From Candidatus Poribacteria bacterium (GTDB taxonomy: Bacteria; Poribacteria; WGA-4E; WGA-3G): a DNA stretch of 64,000 nt. The stretch is taken from the NCBI GenBank assembly GCA_965214095.1, contig OZ243938.1, positions 4,000,001-4,064,000 on the forward strand, given 5' to 3'. Of this stretch, positions 49,669 to 58,960 are shown piece by piece (position 1 is the first letter of the stretch; each line of letters begins with the position of its first letter). The notes below the pieces were generated by a model. It was not told the DNA's origin. It saw only the letters and a program-made list of their open reading frames with translations, and ran no database searches. The position numbers and the translations under genes are program-made.

Positions 49669-49875
49669 ATGGCACAATATGATGAAATTGTGAAGCATTT
49701 GATGGATAGATTCGCAAATAAATTCGCTGTACTTGCCTTTGATACACCACTTGATCATTTGACAGAGTTACATCTCACTGCGATTGATACACCCAGTGTT
49801 GAAACATTCACACAAACATTGAATGGATCAGAAGGGCAAACCAATAGTCTCACGCTATGTTCTAATCGTGTATGA
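49669..49875 (+). pseudogene. Miniature, internally deleted Rpn-like gene
   Basis: N-terminus YDEIVKHLMDRF resembles Rpn starts; LDHLTELHLTAIDTPSVETFTQTL resembles the tail of 32040..33014; nuclease core missing. Confidence 0.5.
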
Positions 49876-49942
49876 AACATAAAATAAACAAGACTGTAAT
49901 TATAGTGAATTCATATTCAATTATGTTCAACTATTACACAAT

Positions 49943-50587
49943 ATGGAGGAAAATATGAAGAATGGGAGTATGTTCTGCCTAATATTAATTCTATTATTAG
50001 CAGGTATAATTCTAATACGAACTACTAACGCAGTTCCCAAAAAAGGAACCTTACGGGTCAGTGGTGATAACACTTGGATTGCCTATGTAAACGGAGAGAA
50101 GGTTGCAGAACACGTTAACTGGGATCAACCGACTGTATCAGATTTTGAATTGGATAACGGCTTTGCTGTAATCGCAGTATATGTGCACGATGCCGAACCG
50201 GGTGCTCAAGGAAGAGGAGGATTCCTCGCGGATATTGTACTAGACGACAAACCTGACTACATCGGTACTGGTGAAGATGGATGGAGATGTCAAGCAGGAA
50301 AACCTATCGCAGATCGAAATGATGGTTGGGAAGAAGTGGGTTTTGATGACAGCGATTGGGAAACAGAACTTCAGATTTATGACAAATTTGGTGCCGGAAT
50401 CTGGGGTGGAGGCGCAGCAGCAATGCGCGATATCTTTGGTGATCCAGAATGTACCGCAAATTGGGTATGGTGTGGACCAAACGATGTTGAAGACGACATA
50501 TATTTCCGCTATACAATCGGTCAACTCCCCGTTGAACCAAGTGGTAAAATCACCTCGACTTGGGGCGCATTGAAGAGCGAACGGTAA
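49943..50587 (+). CDS. Secreted beta-sandwich (lectin-like) protein with conserved C-terminal tail
   Basis: Signal peptide; DN...YVNG, GW..VGFDDSDW, ANWVW; tail PVEPSGKITSTWGALK. Confidence 0.75.
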   Translation: MEENMKNGSMFCLILILLLAGIILIRTTNAVPKKGTLRVSGDNTWIAYVNGEKVAEHVNWDQPTVSDFELDNGFAVIAVYVHDAEPGAQGRGGFLADIVLDDKPDYIGTGEDGWRCQAGKPIADRNDGWEEVGFDDSDWETELQIYDKFGAGIWGGGAAAMRDIFGDPECTANWVWCGPNDVEDDIYFRYTIGQLPVEPSGKITSTWGALKSER

Positions 50588-50659
50588 ACTTATTATCTTA
50601 TGGAACGGTTCTTATACAGTTCCATAAGATGCATATATAGAAAGTAAAATCAATCCATA

Positions 50660-51955
50660 CTATTTTTGCGACTGAACTACTTGTGCAATTTTCGTGAAGA
50701 CATCTTCAATATCGGTTAAATCAATACATGAATACGCCACCCGTAACTCAGTTTCGCTCAGTGCGATTATGCCGATTCCGTGTTCATTGAGCAGGATTTG
50801 ACGAACAGTCTCTGCATTCCCAGCTTTTAAAGACAGACAGATGAAATAACCAGCGTGGTTAGGATAGACATCCCAAAGTTCAGTATAACGTGTATCATTT
50901 GCTATCTGTTGTGCCTTCAAGGCTCGATCTTTTAGTATTTCAAAGTGCCGTTGTTTCTGTTCACCATAACCAACTGATTTCATTGCTTCAAGGATAAGTG
51001 TTTGCGATATTTGTGCTGCACCTGATGTGCTTATCCGGATTAACCCACTGAGTTTTTCCTCAATCGGTTGCATTGCACTTTCCGGTAAACCGAATGTCAA
51101 AAACCCGACACGTAAACCCCAAGCGTATTCCTCTTTGGTAGCACCATCAATCTTTACGGACACAACGTTGGAATGACATCCGACTAATACACCGAAAAGG
51201 GATTCATGCATGACATCAGAATCATACCAAAAACCGGAATAAGCATCATCAACTATGACAAGGAGATTGCTCCCATTCTCTGCACACGACACAATTGTAT
51301 CTCTAATCTGATGTGCTTCATTGCGCGTAATTGCATATCCGGTCGGATTGTGTGGAAAATTCAGCAGAATTTGCACCTTGTCAGTAGCAGTCTCATATAG
51401 TGTCCGCCTGAATTCATTGATGTTAAAACACATGTCTGTATTGAAGAATGGGTAGGTTTGGATTACTGCACCTGCTTTTGTCTCAAATATCAGTCTATAA
51501 TTACCCCAATTTTTTTCTGGAAGTATGAGTGTATCACCGGTATTCACAAACAGATCCGAGAGTAGATTGAAACAGTGTGTCATTCCACTCGCCACAATCG
51601 GAAGGCTGATATGTGTTTTTTCAAGTAAGGGGTTTTTTGAACGAATATGAGTCTGCCAGCACCTACGTAATTCTATATTACCGAGAATTGGTGGGTACCC
51701 GTAAACACTCTCTGGAGAAAGTGTTTGCACACTATGATGTGAAACATTCAAATGCATCAGTTGACTATCTGCCGTTGCGACTGCACGGGTTGCATTCATA
51801 CGGTGTGCTTTTACAGATGCTTCCGCACTCTGGCTTAAGATGCCTTTTGGCAAGTAGATACGTTTGCCTAAATCTGAAAGTAATGAGTAAACCGTGGGGG
51901 CTGTCGTGCGGATATGACTATTCAATTCAGCAGCTAAAGGATTAATGTCTTGCAT
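50660..51955 (-). CDS. Aminotransferase class I/II
   Basis: NFPHNPTGY, DDAY, KIDGATKEEYAWGLRVG. Confidence 0.9.
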   Translation of the reverse strand: MQDINPLAAELNSHIRTTAPTVYSLLSDLGKRIYLPKGILSQSAEASVKAHRMNATRAVATADSQLMHLNVSHHSVQTLSPESVYGYPPILGNIELRRCWQTHIRSKNPLLEKTHISLPIVASGMTHCFNLLSDLFVNTGDTLILPEKNWGNYRLIFETKAGAVIQTYPFFNTDMCFNINEFRRTLYETATDKVQILLNFPHNPTGYAITRNEAHQIRDTIVSCAENGSNLLVIVDDAYSGFWYDSDVMHESLFGVLVGCHSNVVSVKIDGATKEEYAWGLRVGFLTFGLPESAMQPIEEKLSGLIRISTSGAAQISQTLILEAMKSVGYGEQKQRHFEILKDRALKAQQIANDTRYTELWDVYPNHAGYFICLSLKAGNAETVRQILLNEHGIGIIALSETELRVAYSCIDLTDIEDVFTKIAQVVQSQK

Positions 51956-52102
51956 TTGATGTTGTTTTTCAATTGAATGTAATGTTATAATAGAAGTATG
52001 TATAGATTGTATACAATTGTGAATTGAGTCAGGTTAAATGTCAACCCAATTTTACAAGGTTTATCCCAAATCTACTAAATTATTGTGAATGATGTGTGAA
52101 TC

Positions 52103-53212
52103 ATGAAAATAATACTTAAAACATTCTTGATAGTTCTATTTGTTGCAATCGTCATTGGGTTTTTATTCTGTGTATATGTCCTCAATGCACCACCGATTGC
52201 ACAAACGGAAGCACCAAAATTACAAGTTCACATCAGTTCAGCAATTCGCGGAAGACCTACTACGAACTCAAAGCCGATCGCATATACCAAAAGTCATTAT
52301 CTTTTTGATATTGACCTGAGGTATCTTAGCAACTTAAACATTGGTGTTTTTTCTAATGAAATGTTGTTCAGTGTGGCTCTTGGACAAAGGGCAAAATACA
52401 GTGCCGGTCTATTAGACAAAGAACTACAGACCTCCTTTGACTGGAAAAAAATGTTTCAAAATTCTTTAGGTGGAGTCGAAATAAAATCAAAATCACCTGA
52501 TGTTAAGGTTGTACTAAGCGGTAAGGATTGGATGCTCACAGATGAAAATGGTGCAGGTTACACCGTCCAAAGAAATGGAAATAAACTCAGAATATATCTA
52601 CCCAATTTTGAAGATGTATTTAACAAAAACAAGGTTTCTCTCTCAAAGGATCTGGATTTCTCCGTTGTTAAAGCAGGAAAACAGTGGATGTTGAAAGATA
52701 ATAAATTTCTCCAGACTTATGAAATAAAGTCTGGTCAGAAAAAATTGGATATTCTACAACAATCGAAGTATCCAATTAAGACGCTACTCTTTAAAGTTAA
52801 TACAGCATCTACAGATACCTTGAGTGAAGGAACATTTAGCCCCGACATTTACGAGGGATTTGAGAAGAAGAATATACCTTTATCTAAAAAAGCTAAGTTG
52901 ATTGCTGCCGAAGACAAAATGAGTTGGGAAGTAATTGATGATACACAGAAGTATGCTATCAGAAACGAGGATGGTTGGTTGAATGTCCGTCTAAATCTTG
53001 AAAGTGATTGGCTATATATTGATATTACCGATAGATTGAAAGGGTGGATTCCAAGTAAGAGTGGATTCATATTCTATCCTCCTGATCCAACGCTCAGTTC
53101 ACGACAGAAACTAAAAGTCAAGGTAATTGGTGTCATGGATAGATTGAAAGAAGCGTTCGGTGTATTTAAAAAACCCGTTCCTCCTCAAAATAGTGAACTC
53201 TCAAATAAATAA
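52103..53212 (+). CDS. Membrane-anchored protein with three internal repeats inside an SH3-like domain
   Basis: N-terminal TM helix; see findings. Confidence 0.7.
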   Translation: MKIILKTFLIVLFVAIVIGFLFCVYVLNAPPIAQTEAPKLQVHISSAIRGRPTTNSKPIAYTKSHYLFDIDLRYLSNLNIGVFSNEMLFSVALGQRAKYSAGLLDKELQTSFDWKKMFQNSLGGVEIKSKSPDVKVVLSGKDWMLTDENGAGYTVQRNGNKLRIYLPNFEDVFNKNKVSLSKDLDFSVVKAGKQWMLKDNKFLQTYEIKSGQKKLDILQQSKYPIKTLLFKVNTASTDTLSEGTFSPDIYEGFEKKNIPLSKKAKLIAAEDKMSWEVIDDTQKYAIRNEDGWLNVRLNLESDWLYIDITDRLKGWIPSKSGFIFYPPDPTLSSRQKLKVKVIGVMDRLKEAFGVFKKPVPPQNSELSNK

Positions 53213-53290
53213 TGTAACTTTATCTGTTTATATTGTAAAACATAGACTCTATATCTGTTACAGGTCAGAACAACAGTTGTCCACATATAC

Positions 53291-54484
53291 ATGAAGATCC
53301 TTTTTTTGTCTCCCACCGTGCCTTACCCTCTCACCGACGGAGGACGCATCCGCGTTTATAATCTACTCAAACAAATTGCACAGGACAACGAAGTTACACT
53401 ACTGGCATTAGAGACTCAACCATCCGATGTTGACAGTGTTTCTCATATCCAACAATATGGTATAGTTGTCCATCTTGTCAAACATTTGCACACACTGCCT
53501 CGTGTTTCTCTGTCTACGCTCCTCAGTGCGTTTTTTAGAAGAAAACCGATTACAGTAGCCCGTTACAATGTGTCTACCTATCGACAAAAGTTACAGGAAC
53601 TGTTAGCATCTGAGTCTTTTGACATTATACATTATGAGATGTTTCATACTGCACAATTCCATACAGAATCAGACCTGCCAAGTGTTCTCTCACAGCAAAA
53701 TGTTGACTCTGCTATTTGGCATCGTCTAACAGGTGAAACAACAAACATATTCTATAAATTGGCATATTGGACACAGCAAATTGCCTTCCAACGTTATGAA
53801 AGTGTGCTAAGTCCAAAGTTTAATGCAGTGACCTGCACATCTGAAATTGATGCTGCCATTTTTGAAAAACACTGTCCGAACGAAATTGTAAAGGTCATTC
53901 CTAATGGAGTTGATGTTTCTCATTTTATGCCTGATTCTGAATCTGAAGACGCAGCACATCTTATCTACATCGGTAGTATGGATTGGTATCCAAACGAAGA
54001 TGCCGTTTCATTCTTTGCAAATGAGGTGTTACCGATTATCCGTGAGAGAGTGCCAAACGTCAACTTTACTATTGTCGGAGGAAATCCTTCAGAAGATATC
54101 CAACGCATAGCAGAAAGAGACGGTGTCGTGGTAACAGGACGTGTGCCAGAGATCAAACCCTACTTCTCAGCTGCAACGGTATTCGTTGTGCCGTTACGGA
54201 TCGGCAGTGGTACGCGCCTCAAAATACTGGAAGCATTGGCAATGGGGAAAGCAGTCGTTTCTACCACTGTTGGGGCGGAAGGTTTGACACTTCAGGATGG
54301 AGATGAGATTATGATTGCTGATGAACCGAACCATTTTGCAGAAGTTGTGATACGTTTACTCACTGATCCCGCACTACGTAAGAAAATTGGTCAAAACGGA
54401 AGAAGACGCGTTGAGCAGGATTATGATTGGCAAAACATCGGAAAAAAATTGCTTACTGTTTATGAGTCAATTCTCAGCAAGTAG
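53291..54484 (+). CDS. Glycosyltransferase family 4
   Basis: PYPLTDGGRIR, IPNGVD, GTRLKILEALAMG. Confidence 0.92.
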   Translation: MKILFLSPTVPYPLTDGGRIRVYNLLKQIAQDNEVTLLALETQPSDVDSVSHIQQYGIVVHLVKHLHTLPRVSLSTLLSAFFRRKPITVARYNVSTYRQKLQELLASESFDIIHYEMFHTAQFHTESDLPSVLSQQNVDSAIWHRLTGETTNIFYKLAYWTQQIAFQRYESVLSPKFNAVTCTSEIDAAIFEKHCPNEIVKVIPNGVDVSHFMPDSESEDAAHLIYIGSMDWYPNEDAVSFFANEVLPIIRERVPNVNFTIVGGNPSEDIQRIAERDGVVVTGRVPEIKPYFSAATVFVVPLRIGSGTRLKILEALAMGKAVVSTTVGAEGLTLQDGDEIMIADEPNHFAEVVIRLLTDPALRKKIGQNGRRRVEQDYDWQNIGKKLLTVYESILSK

Positions 54485-54486
54485 TG

Positions 54487-54626
54487 TTATAGTGAAATGT
54501 AAAAACACTCGCATACTCCGTGGTAGATGCGGTTTCCTAACCGCATCTATGAGACTGAACAAACACCGGTTCGGTTAGGAAACCGAACCTACCGTAGTGT
54601 GTAAATAATTATGGTTTTTACTATAA
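54487..54626. mobile_element. Family A TIR element with two inverted GTAG hairpins (REP doublet)
   Basis: TTATAGT...ACTATAA; GTAGATGCGGTTTCCTAACCGCATC (54523-54547) and inverted GTAGGTTCGGTTTCCTAACCGAACC (54568-54592). Confidence 0.8.
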
Positions 54627-54631
54627 TTGTT

Positions 54632-55420
54632 TCACTCACTCTCAATTTCATATACAACTGTAACACTTATAGTGACAGTAAGTTCACCGGAGACGATTGG
54701 TGTGGATGTACGTTCAGCATCATCAGCGAAGGCTGACTCCGCAACAGCATACGGTATTGGTGGACTTTCGTAATATGAGTTTTCAGTTATAGTAACAGGT
54801 TGCCCAAGTGTTACGCCGCTTGCTTCTGCTATAGTGAGTGCTTTTGCTTCAGCATTTTTCACAGCTAACGCACGTGCTTGTTCTTGTAATGGCGTAGTAT
54901 CTTCAATCATAAACTGAATGGAATTGAGAACGATGCTGTCACCACCTGCTTCGGCGGCATCATCAATCACATTGCTGAGTGTATCCAATTCTCTCACTTT
55001 TGTCTGAACACTGTTATTCACTCTATAACCACGAAGTTTGCGTTCCCCTTCCGAATAATCGTATTGCGGATAGATACTGAAATTCTGCGTTATTATATCT
55101 TTTTCCGCTATACCGTTTGCCTCAAGCGATTCAATCAATGCTGTCATTGCACTTGCTGCTTCTTCGCGTGCATCTGCAACAGAATCTCTCTCAACAGAAA
55201 CGCCTAAGTTAAGCGTTGCGATATCAGGTTCACCTGATACCGATCCGCTTCCATTGACATTTATTGTCCTACCAGATAAAGACGGTGTAAAAACCTGTGA
55301 AACAAGATTTCTATCGCAGGCAGTCAGTGTTGAAACCAGCAATATTAGAATTAGAAGCATGCAATTTCGAAAATTGAAAGAATAGGTATTCCAACCCGAA
55401 CTTTCTTGTGATGTAGACAT
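54632..55420 (-). CDS. SIMPL/DUF541 domain protein, probable lipoprotein
   Basis: LTAC lipobox; VNGSGSV..EPDIATLNLGV; AVKNAEAKA. Confidence 0.9.
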   Translation of the reverse strand: MSTSQESSGWNTYSFNFRNCMLLILILLVSTLTACDRNLVSQVFTPSLSGRTINVNGSGSVSGEPDIATLNLGVSVERDSVADAREEAASAMTALIESLEANGIAEKDIITQNFSIYPQYDYSEGERKLRGYRVNNSVQTKVRELDTLSNVIDDAAEAGGDSIVLNSIQFMIEDTTPLQEQARALAVKNAEAKALTIAEASGVTLGQPVTITENSYYESPPIPYAVAESAFADDAERTSTPIVSGELTVTISVTVVYEIESE

Positions 55421-55453
55421 TAGAGTCTCCTTGATTTTTATATATTCATTACA

Positions 55454-56167
55454 TTAATTTCCAAACAACTTGATCTGTTCAGGTGGGATAGAGATTGAAA
55501 CACCTGCATTGTTTGTAAAATGAATATTTTCATTCCTTTTGATAAGACCAAATAACATTTTTTCGTAGAAAGATAAATCCGTAAACTGTGGTACTGATTT
55601 GTGCTGTTCATTGTAAAAATCAGCATCAATATATGACCATACGCTGTCCCAACGGTTAATTGATTTTGATTTTAGTTTTGTATAGTTACGTACAGCATCA
55701 ACTAATATACCACCATTTGTCCTCTCAAATTTTGCGTTGCTTACGGTTATGTGTGATGGATATGCATGTGCATATACGACAGTATCGGAGGTTTTCCACA
55801 ACATACCTTCTTTTGGCTTTTCTGTCGGTTGTCCATGTTTTGAGACACACATTTTGGTAATATTCTGTGCACTCTTTACCGGTTTTTCTGTGATATATCC
55901 TGCTGCTCGTAGTTTGTTATCTTTGAATGTATAGACGAGAAATGCGGGGACACCAGCAATCTTACTTCTATATACCAGCACGTCATCTGTGCGTTGATAC
56001 ACTTGCATATCTTTCTCAACAAGTAGGACGCGTTGGCGACTGTCCCCCCATCGAGTCTCACGGAAATCGTAATCGTTCGTGTTCTCTTCAGATAGAGTTT
56101 TGGAGATGGATGCACATCCGGTGAGAAGTATGAATATGGGTAGTGCTAAACAGACCATAGTTTTCAT
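55454..56167 (-). CDS. Hypothetical lipoprotein
   Basis: AAGGAG RBS before ATG at 56167; LLTGC lipobox; DFRETRWG. Confidence 0.75.
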   Translation of the reverse strand: MKTMVCLALPIFILLTGCASISKTLSEENTNDYDFRETRWGDSRQRVLLVEKDMQVYQRTDDVLVYRSKIAGVPAFLVYTFKDNKLRAAGYITEKPVKSAQNITKMCVSKHGQPTEKPKEGMLWKTSDTVVYAHAYPSHITVSNAKFERTNGGILVDAVRNYTKLKSKSINRWDSVWSYIDADFYNEQHKSVPQFTDLSFYEKMLFGLIKRNENIHFTNNAGVSISIPPEQIKLFGN

Positions 56168-56273
56168 AATTATACTCCTTATATCTTTTTGGGAGTTAAT
56201 ATAACAATTATTGTAAGTACGTATGAAATGCAATGTTGAAGAAAACTATGTGTCATGACGTAGACAGAAAACT

Positions 56274-57272
56274 TTAATCTGGAGATACTTCCTCAACTGT
56301 TTGTGATGGATTGCCTTCGTTAGTTCCTTCGGTTGTTGCACTCTCCATTAGTTTGTCCGATTTCTTGATTAGATTGTCAACATTGGATTTGAGTAGTCTG
56401 AAAACTTGTTCCTTTTCATCACTATTTACGTATAGTTTTCCACCATCCTCATTACCGATATGTAAGGTTTTGGTTGAACCATCATTAAGTATAGCAGAAA
56501 TTGAGGATGTAGGGGAGTCTAAACCGTATTCTGCAAGTTCTTTTGCCTCAGCGAAGTCGTCAGTCTGTAATTTACTTAACTTATTCAGCAGATTATCAAC
56601 TTGATTTTGAATCACAGCAGCTGTCGTTGGTTGTAACATTTGCCACTTGTTCTCAGCATCTAACATCAATTCAACTGTTTCTTCAGGTGAAGTAATGTTT
56701 ATTTTTGTGACGATGCCTTTATTGAAGTCAAAAATAGTTCTGTCTTTCCAAGTTCGTGTGCTTTTATCAAAAACTCCTTGTAGGTAACCTTTTGCAACGT
56801 AAACATCCTTGGAATCAGCAGCACGCACATAACTGCTTAAAAATCCGGGAGTGTTTTTCCCAACAAACAGATGTGCTATCAACTTATCATTTGCATCCAT
56901 CAATTTCACTTCAACACCGCTGCTATCAACCTGGAATTCAGCTTGTTTTTCTGGATTGTCAGAGACTTTATTGGCATTATCAAATTCTGCCATTTTTGTG
57001 AACAAATCATTTAAAGCTTCTGTATCTGCAGGGTAGTTATCCATTGAAGTGACAAGCCACTTATCATCATGTTTTGTGAGAGTTGATGTTTCACCTTTAG
57101 CAATAATCTCTATTCTTGCTACCTGTTCCTTGTCGAATTTCGGGAAAAGCGCAGTTGCTTCATCAACTTTCTTTTGATAATCACTTTTCCTGAATGGGTT
57201 CTCAAATATCAGGACAAGGAGCAGTAAAAAAACAAATATTCCACTTAGAATGAGTAGTTGTTTCTTTTTCAT
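56274..57272 (-). CDS. DUF4340 domain protein
   Basis: N-terminal TM, two repeats (YPAD, YGLDSP, IGN); last gene of the Gld-like ABC operon; start at MKKKQ chosen. Confidence 0.8.
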   Translation of the reverse strand: MKKKQLLILSGIFVFLLLLVLIFENPFRKSDYQKKVDEATALFPKFDKEQVARIEIIAKGETSTLTKHDDKWLVTSMDNYPADTEALNDLFTKMAEFDNANKVSDNPEKQAEFQVDSSGVEVKLMDANDKLIAHLFVGKNTPGFLSSYVRAADSKDVYVAKGYLQGVFDKSTRTWKDRTIFDFNKGIVTKINITSPEETVELMLDAENKWQMLQPTTAAVIQNQVDNLLNKLSKLQTDDFAEAKELAEYGLDSPTSSISAILNDGSTKTLHIGNEDGGKLYVNSDEKEQVFRLLKSNVDNLIKKSDKLMESATTEGTNEGNPSQTVEEVSPD

Positions 57273-57297
57273 TGTTCTTTTGATTGATTTAATATGC

Positions 57298-58941
57298 TTA
57301 TATCCGTGAACCGTAGGTTCCAACCAACCGTTTTACCCTCCTTTTTAATAGATACCGAATTAACCCGATAATAACGACTAACAGAGGAATACCAACGGTA
57401 CACAAGTATTTGATGAGATTTTTTATTAAACCCGAGACTTCATTTAAGGGTCTGCTTGTTATTGAATGTGAACGTATACCGATAAGAGTGTCTCCAAGGG
57501 TTAACCAGTCAATACAGTTTAAGAAAAACTTGGCACTCTTTGGATTCAGTTGTGATAGGATTCCTCCTGTTCCGACAACAATAATTTGCGTATCGGTACT
57601 ATCTGTAATTGTAGTTCGGTCTTCAGTTTTTGGTGTTGTGTTAGATTTGTCATCCTCATTTTCACCTTCAGAATCCGCTTCTGGTTCTGTGGTTGGGATC
57701 TCTTTATCTGCATAGAAACTTTTGAATTTACCTTCCAAAGCTGCAGCAACAGTAAACACTTGTAAATCTGTCTGTGGAATAGGTGAACCGGGCATTAGGT
57801 TGTATACACCTTGAAAACTTTGTCCAAATTCAGTAGTCTTTGCTAATGCTGTTGCTGTTATCCCCTCTTTCGTCAAGGTCTCTAAAGAACTTGTCCAAGG
57901 TAAAGTCAATTCCTCTAATTGGCTCGTAATAGCGTTTTCTTTTGAAAAATTGGTTTTGTGGATTTTGATAAAATAGATATAAGGTTGAATAAAGGTCATT
58001 CTACCTTGTTGTAGCTGCACAGAATCATGTGATCTGCGATCACCTATAAGATTATTCCCGAGTTTAATACCGTAGTGTTCAAGTAGATCGTTCAAACCAG
58101 TAGCAAGTGGTGTGCCTTGTAGGGTTTGGGGTTGCATCGTAATGGGATCAATTAGGAATAATGCTCTTCCACCGTGCATGATAAACTGGTCAATCTCATA
58201 TTTCTCTCTTTCTGTCAACATCTGTTTTGGTCCTGCAACAACTAAAGTCGTTACAGATGGGTCAACAGGTTCTCCTGTTTGAAGGTCAACCGTCGTGATG
58301 TTATATTGTCCATCTGCATTCTTGTCTAAGAGTTGCCGCAGTTGCTGATTTGCCTGCGTCTGTGCATTGATATCATATTCATCATGTCCGGTCAAGAATC
58401 CGATAGTCTTTACATCCTTGGTCGTCACTTTCACAATTGTGGATGTGAGTTCGTATTCTAAGTTAGCAGTAGATTGAACAACGGGTAGTACTTCCTCTTT
58501 TCCACTATAACCTACGGAAATAGCCATATAGACGTTTGCAATGACGGCTTTATCCTTCTCAAAAACATTGATTGGAACTTCCTGTATACCCTTAAAACGA
58601 AGTTCCTGTTTTTGCGCATCGTCCATATCGCTAGGATTGATATAGTCAATTTGCAGTCTCCGTGAGAACGCATTATATTCATCCAAAACATCTCTGACAT
58701 CCTGTAGTATTTGACCTACTCGTGCGGGTTCCGTTGAAAAGTATACGGTGATTGTGACAATGTCATCTAAATTCTTAATAGTCTCCTTGGTTGATTTGGA
58801 TACGGTATAACGTTTATCCTCAGTGAGATCCAATCGTACAAAACGACGTGCGGAAAGAAAATTAATCAGAACCAGAATGCCAAATATGAGTGCAGCAAAT
58901 GCTAAGGTATTAGCACCGTATCTTATCCGTTTATCAGCCAA
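57298..58941 (-). CDS. GldG-like ABC transporter accessory protein
   Basis: DLTEDKRYTVS..T, LEYELT, FLTGHDE, VAGPK, C-terminal TM. Confidence 0.88.
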   Translation of the reverse strand: MADKRIRYGANTLAFAALIFGILVLINFLSARRFVRLDLTEDKRYTVSKSTKETIKNLDDIVTITVYFSTEPARVGQILQDVRDVLDEYNAFSRRLQIDYINPSDMDDAQKQELRFKGIQEVPINVFEKDKAVIANVYMAISVGYSGKEEVLPVVQSTANLEYELTSTIVKVTTKDVKTIGFLTGHDEYDINAQTQANQQLRQLLDKNADGQYNITTVDLQTGEPVDPSVTTLVVAGPKQMLTEREKYEIDQFIMHGGRALFLIDPITMQPQTLQGTPLATGLNDLLEHYGIKLGNNLIGDRRSHDSVQLQQGRMTFIQPYIYFIKIHKTNFSKENAITSQLEELTLPWTSSLETLTKEGITATALAKTTEFGQSFQGVYNLMPGSPIPQTDLQVFTVAAALEGKFKSFYADKEIPTTEPEADSEGENEDDKSNTTPKTEDRTTITDSTDTQIIVVGTGGILSQLNPKSAKFFLNCIDWLTLGDTLIGIRSHSITSRPLNEVSGLIKNLIKYLCTVGIPLLVVIIGLIRYLLKRRVKRLVGTYGSRI

Positions 58942-58960
58942 AACAATTTACCTCCTAAAC

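Noticed and set aside
49669-49685. TGGCAC as a sigma-54 promoter
   Set aside because: No TTGC at the -12 position; it is just the start of the ORF.
49900-49935. TTATAGTGAAT...CAACTAT as a further family A element; hairpin fragments also near 46836-46860 and 49547-49570
   Set aside because: Too short or degenerate, and no complete GTAG hairpin; at most remnants.
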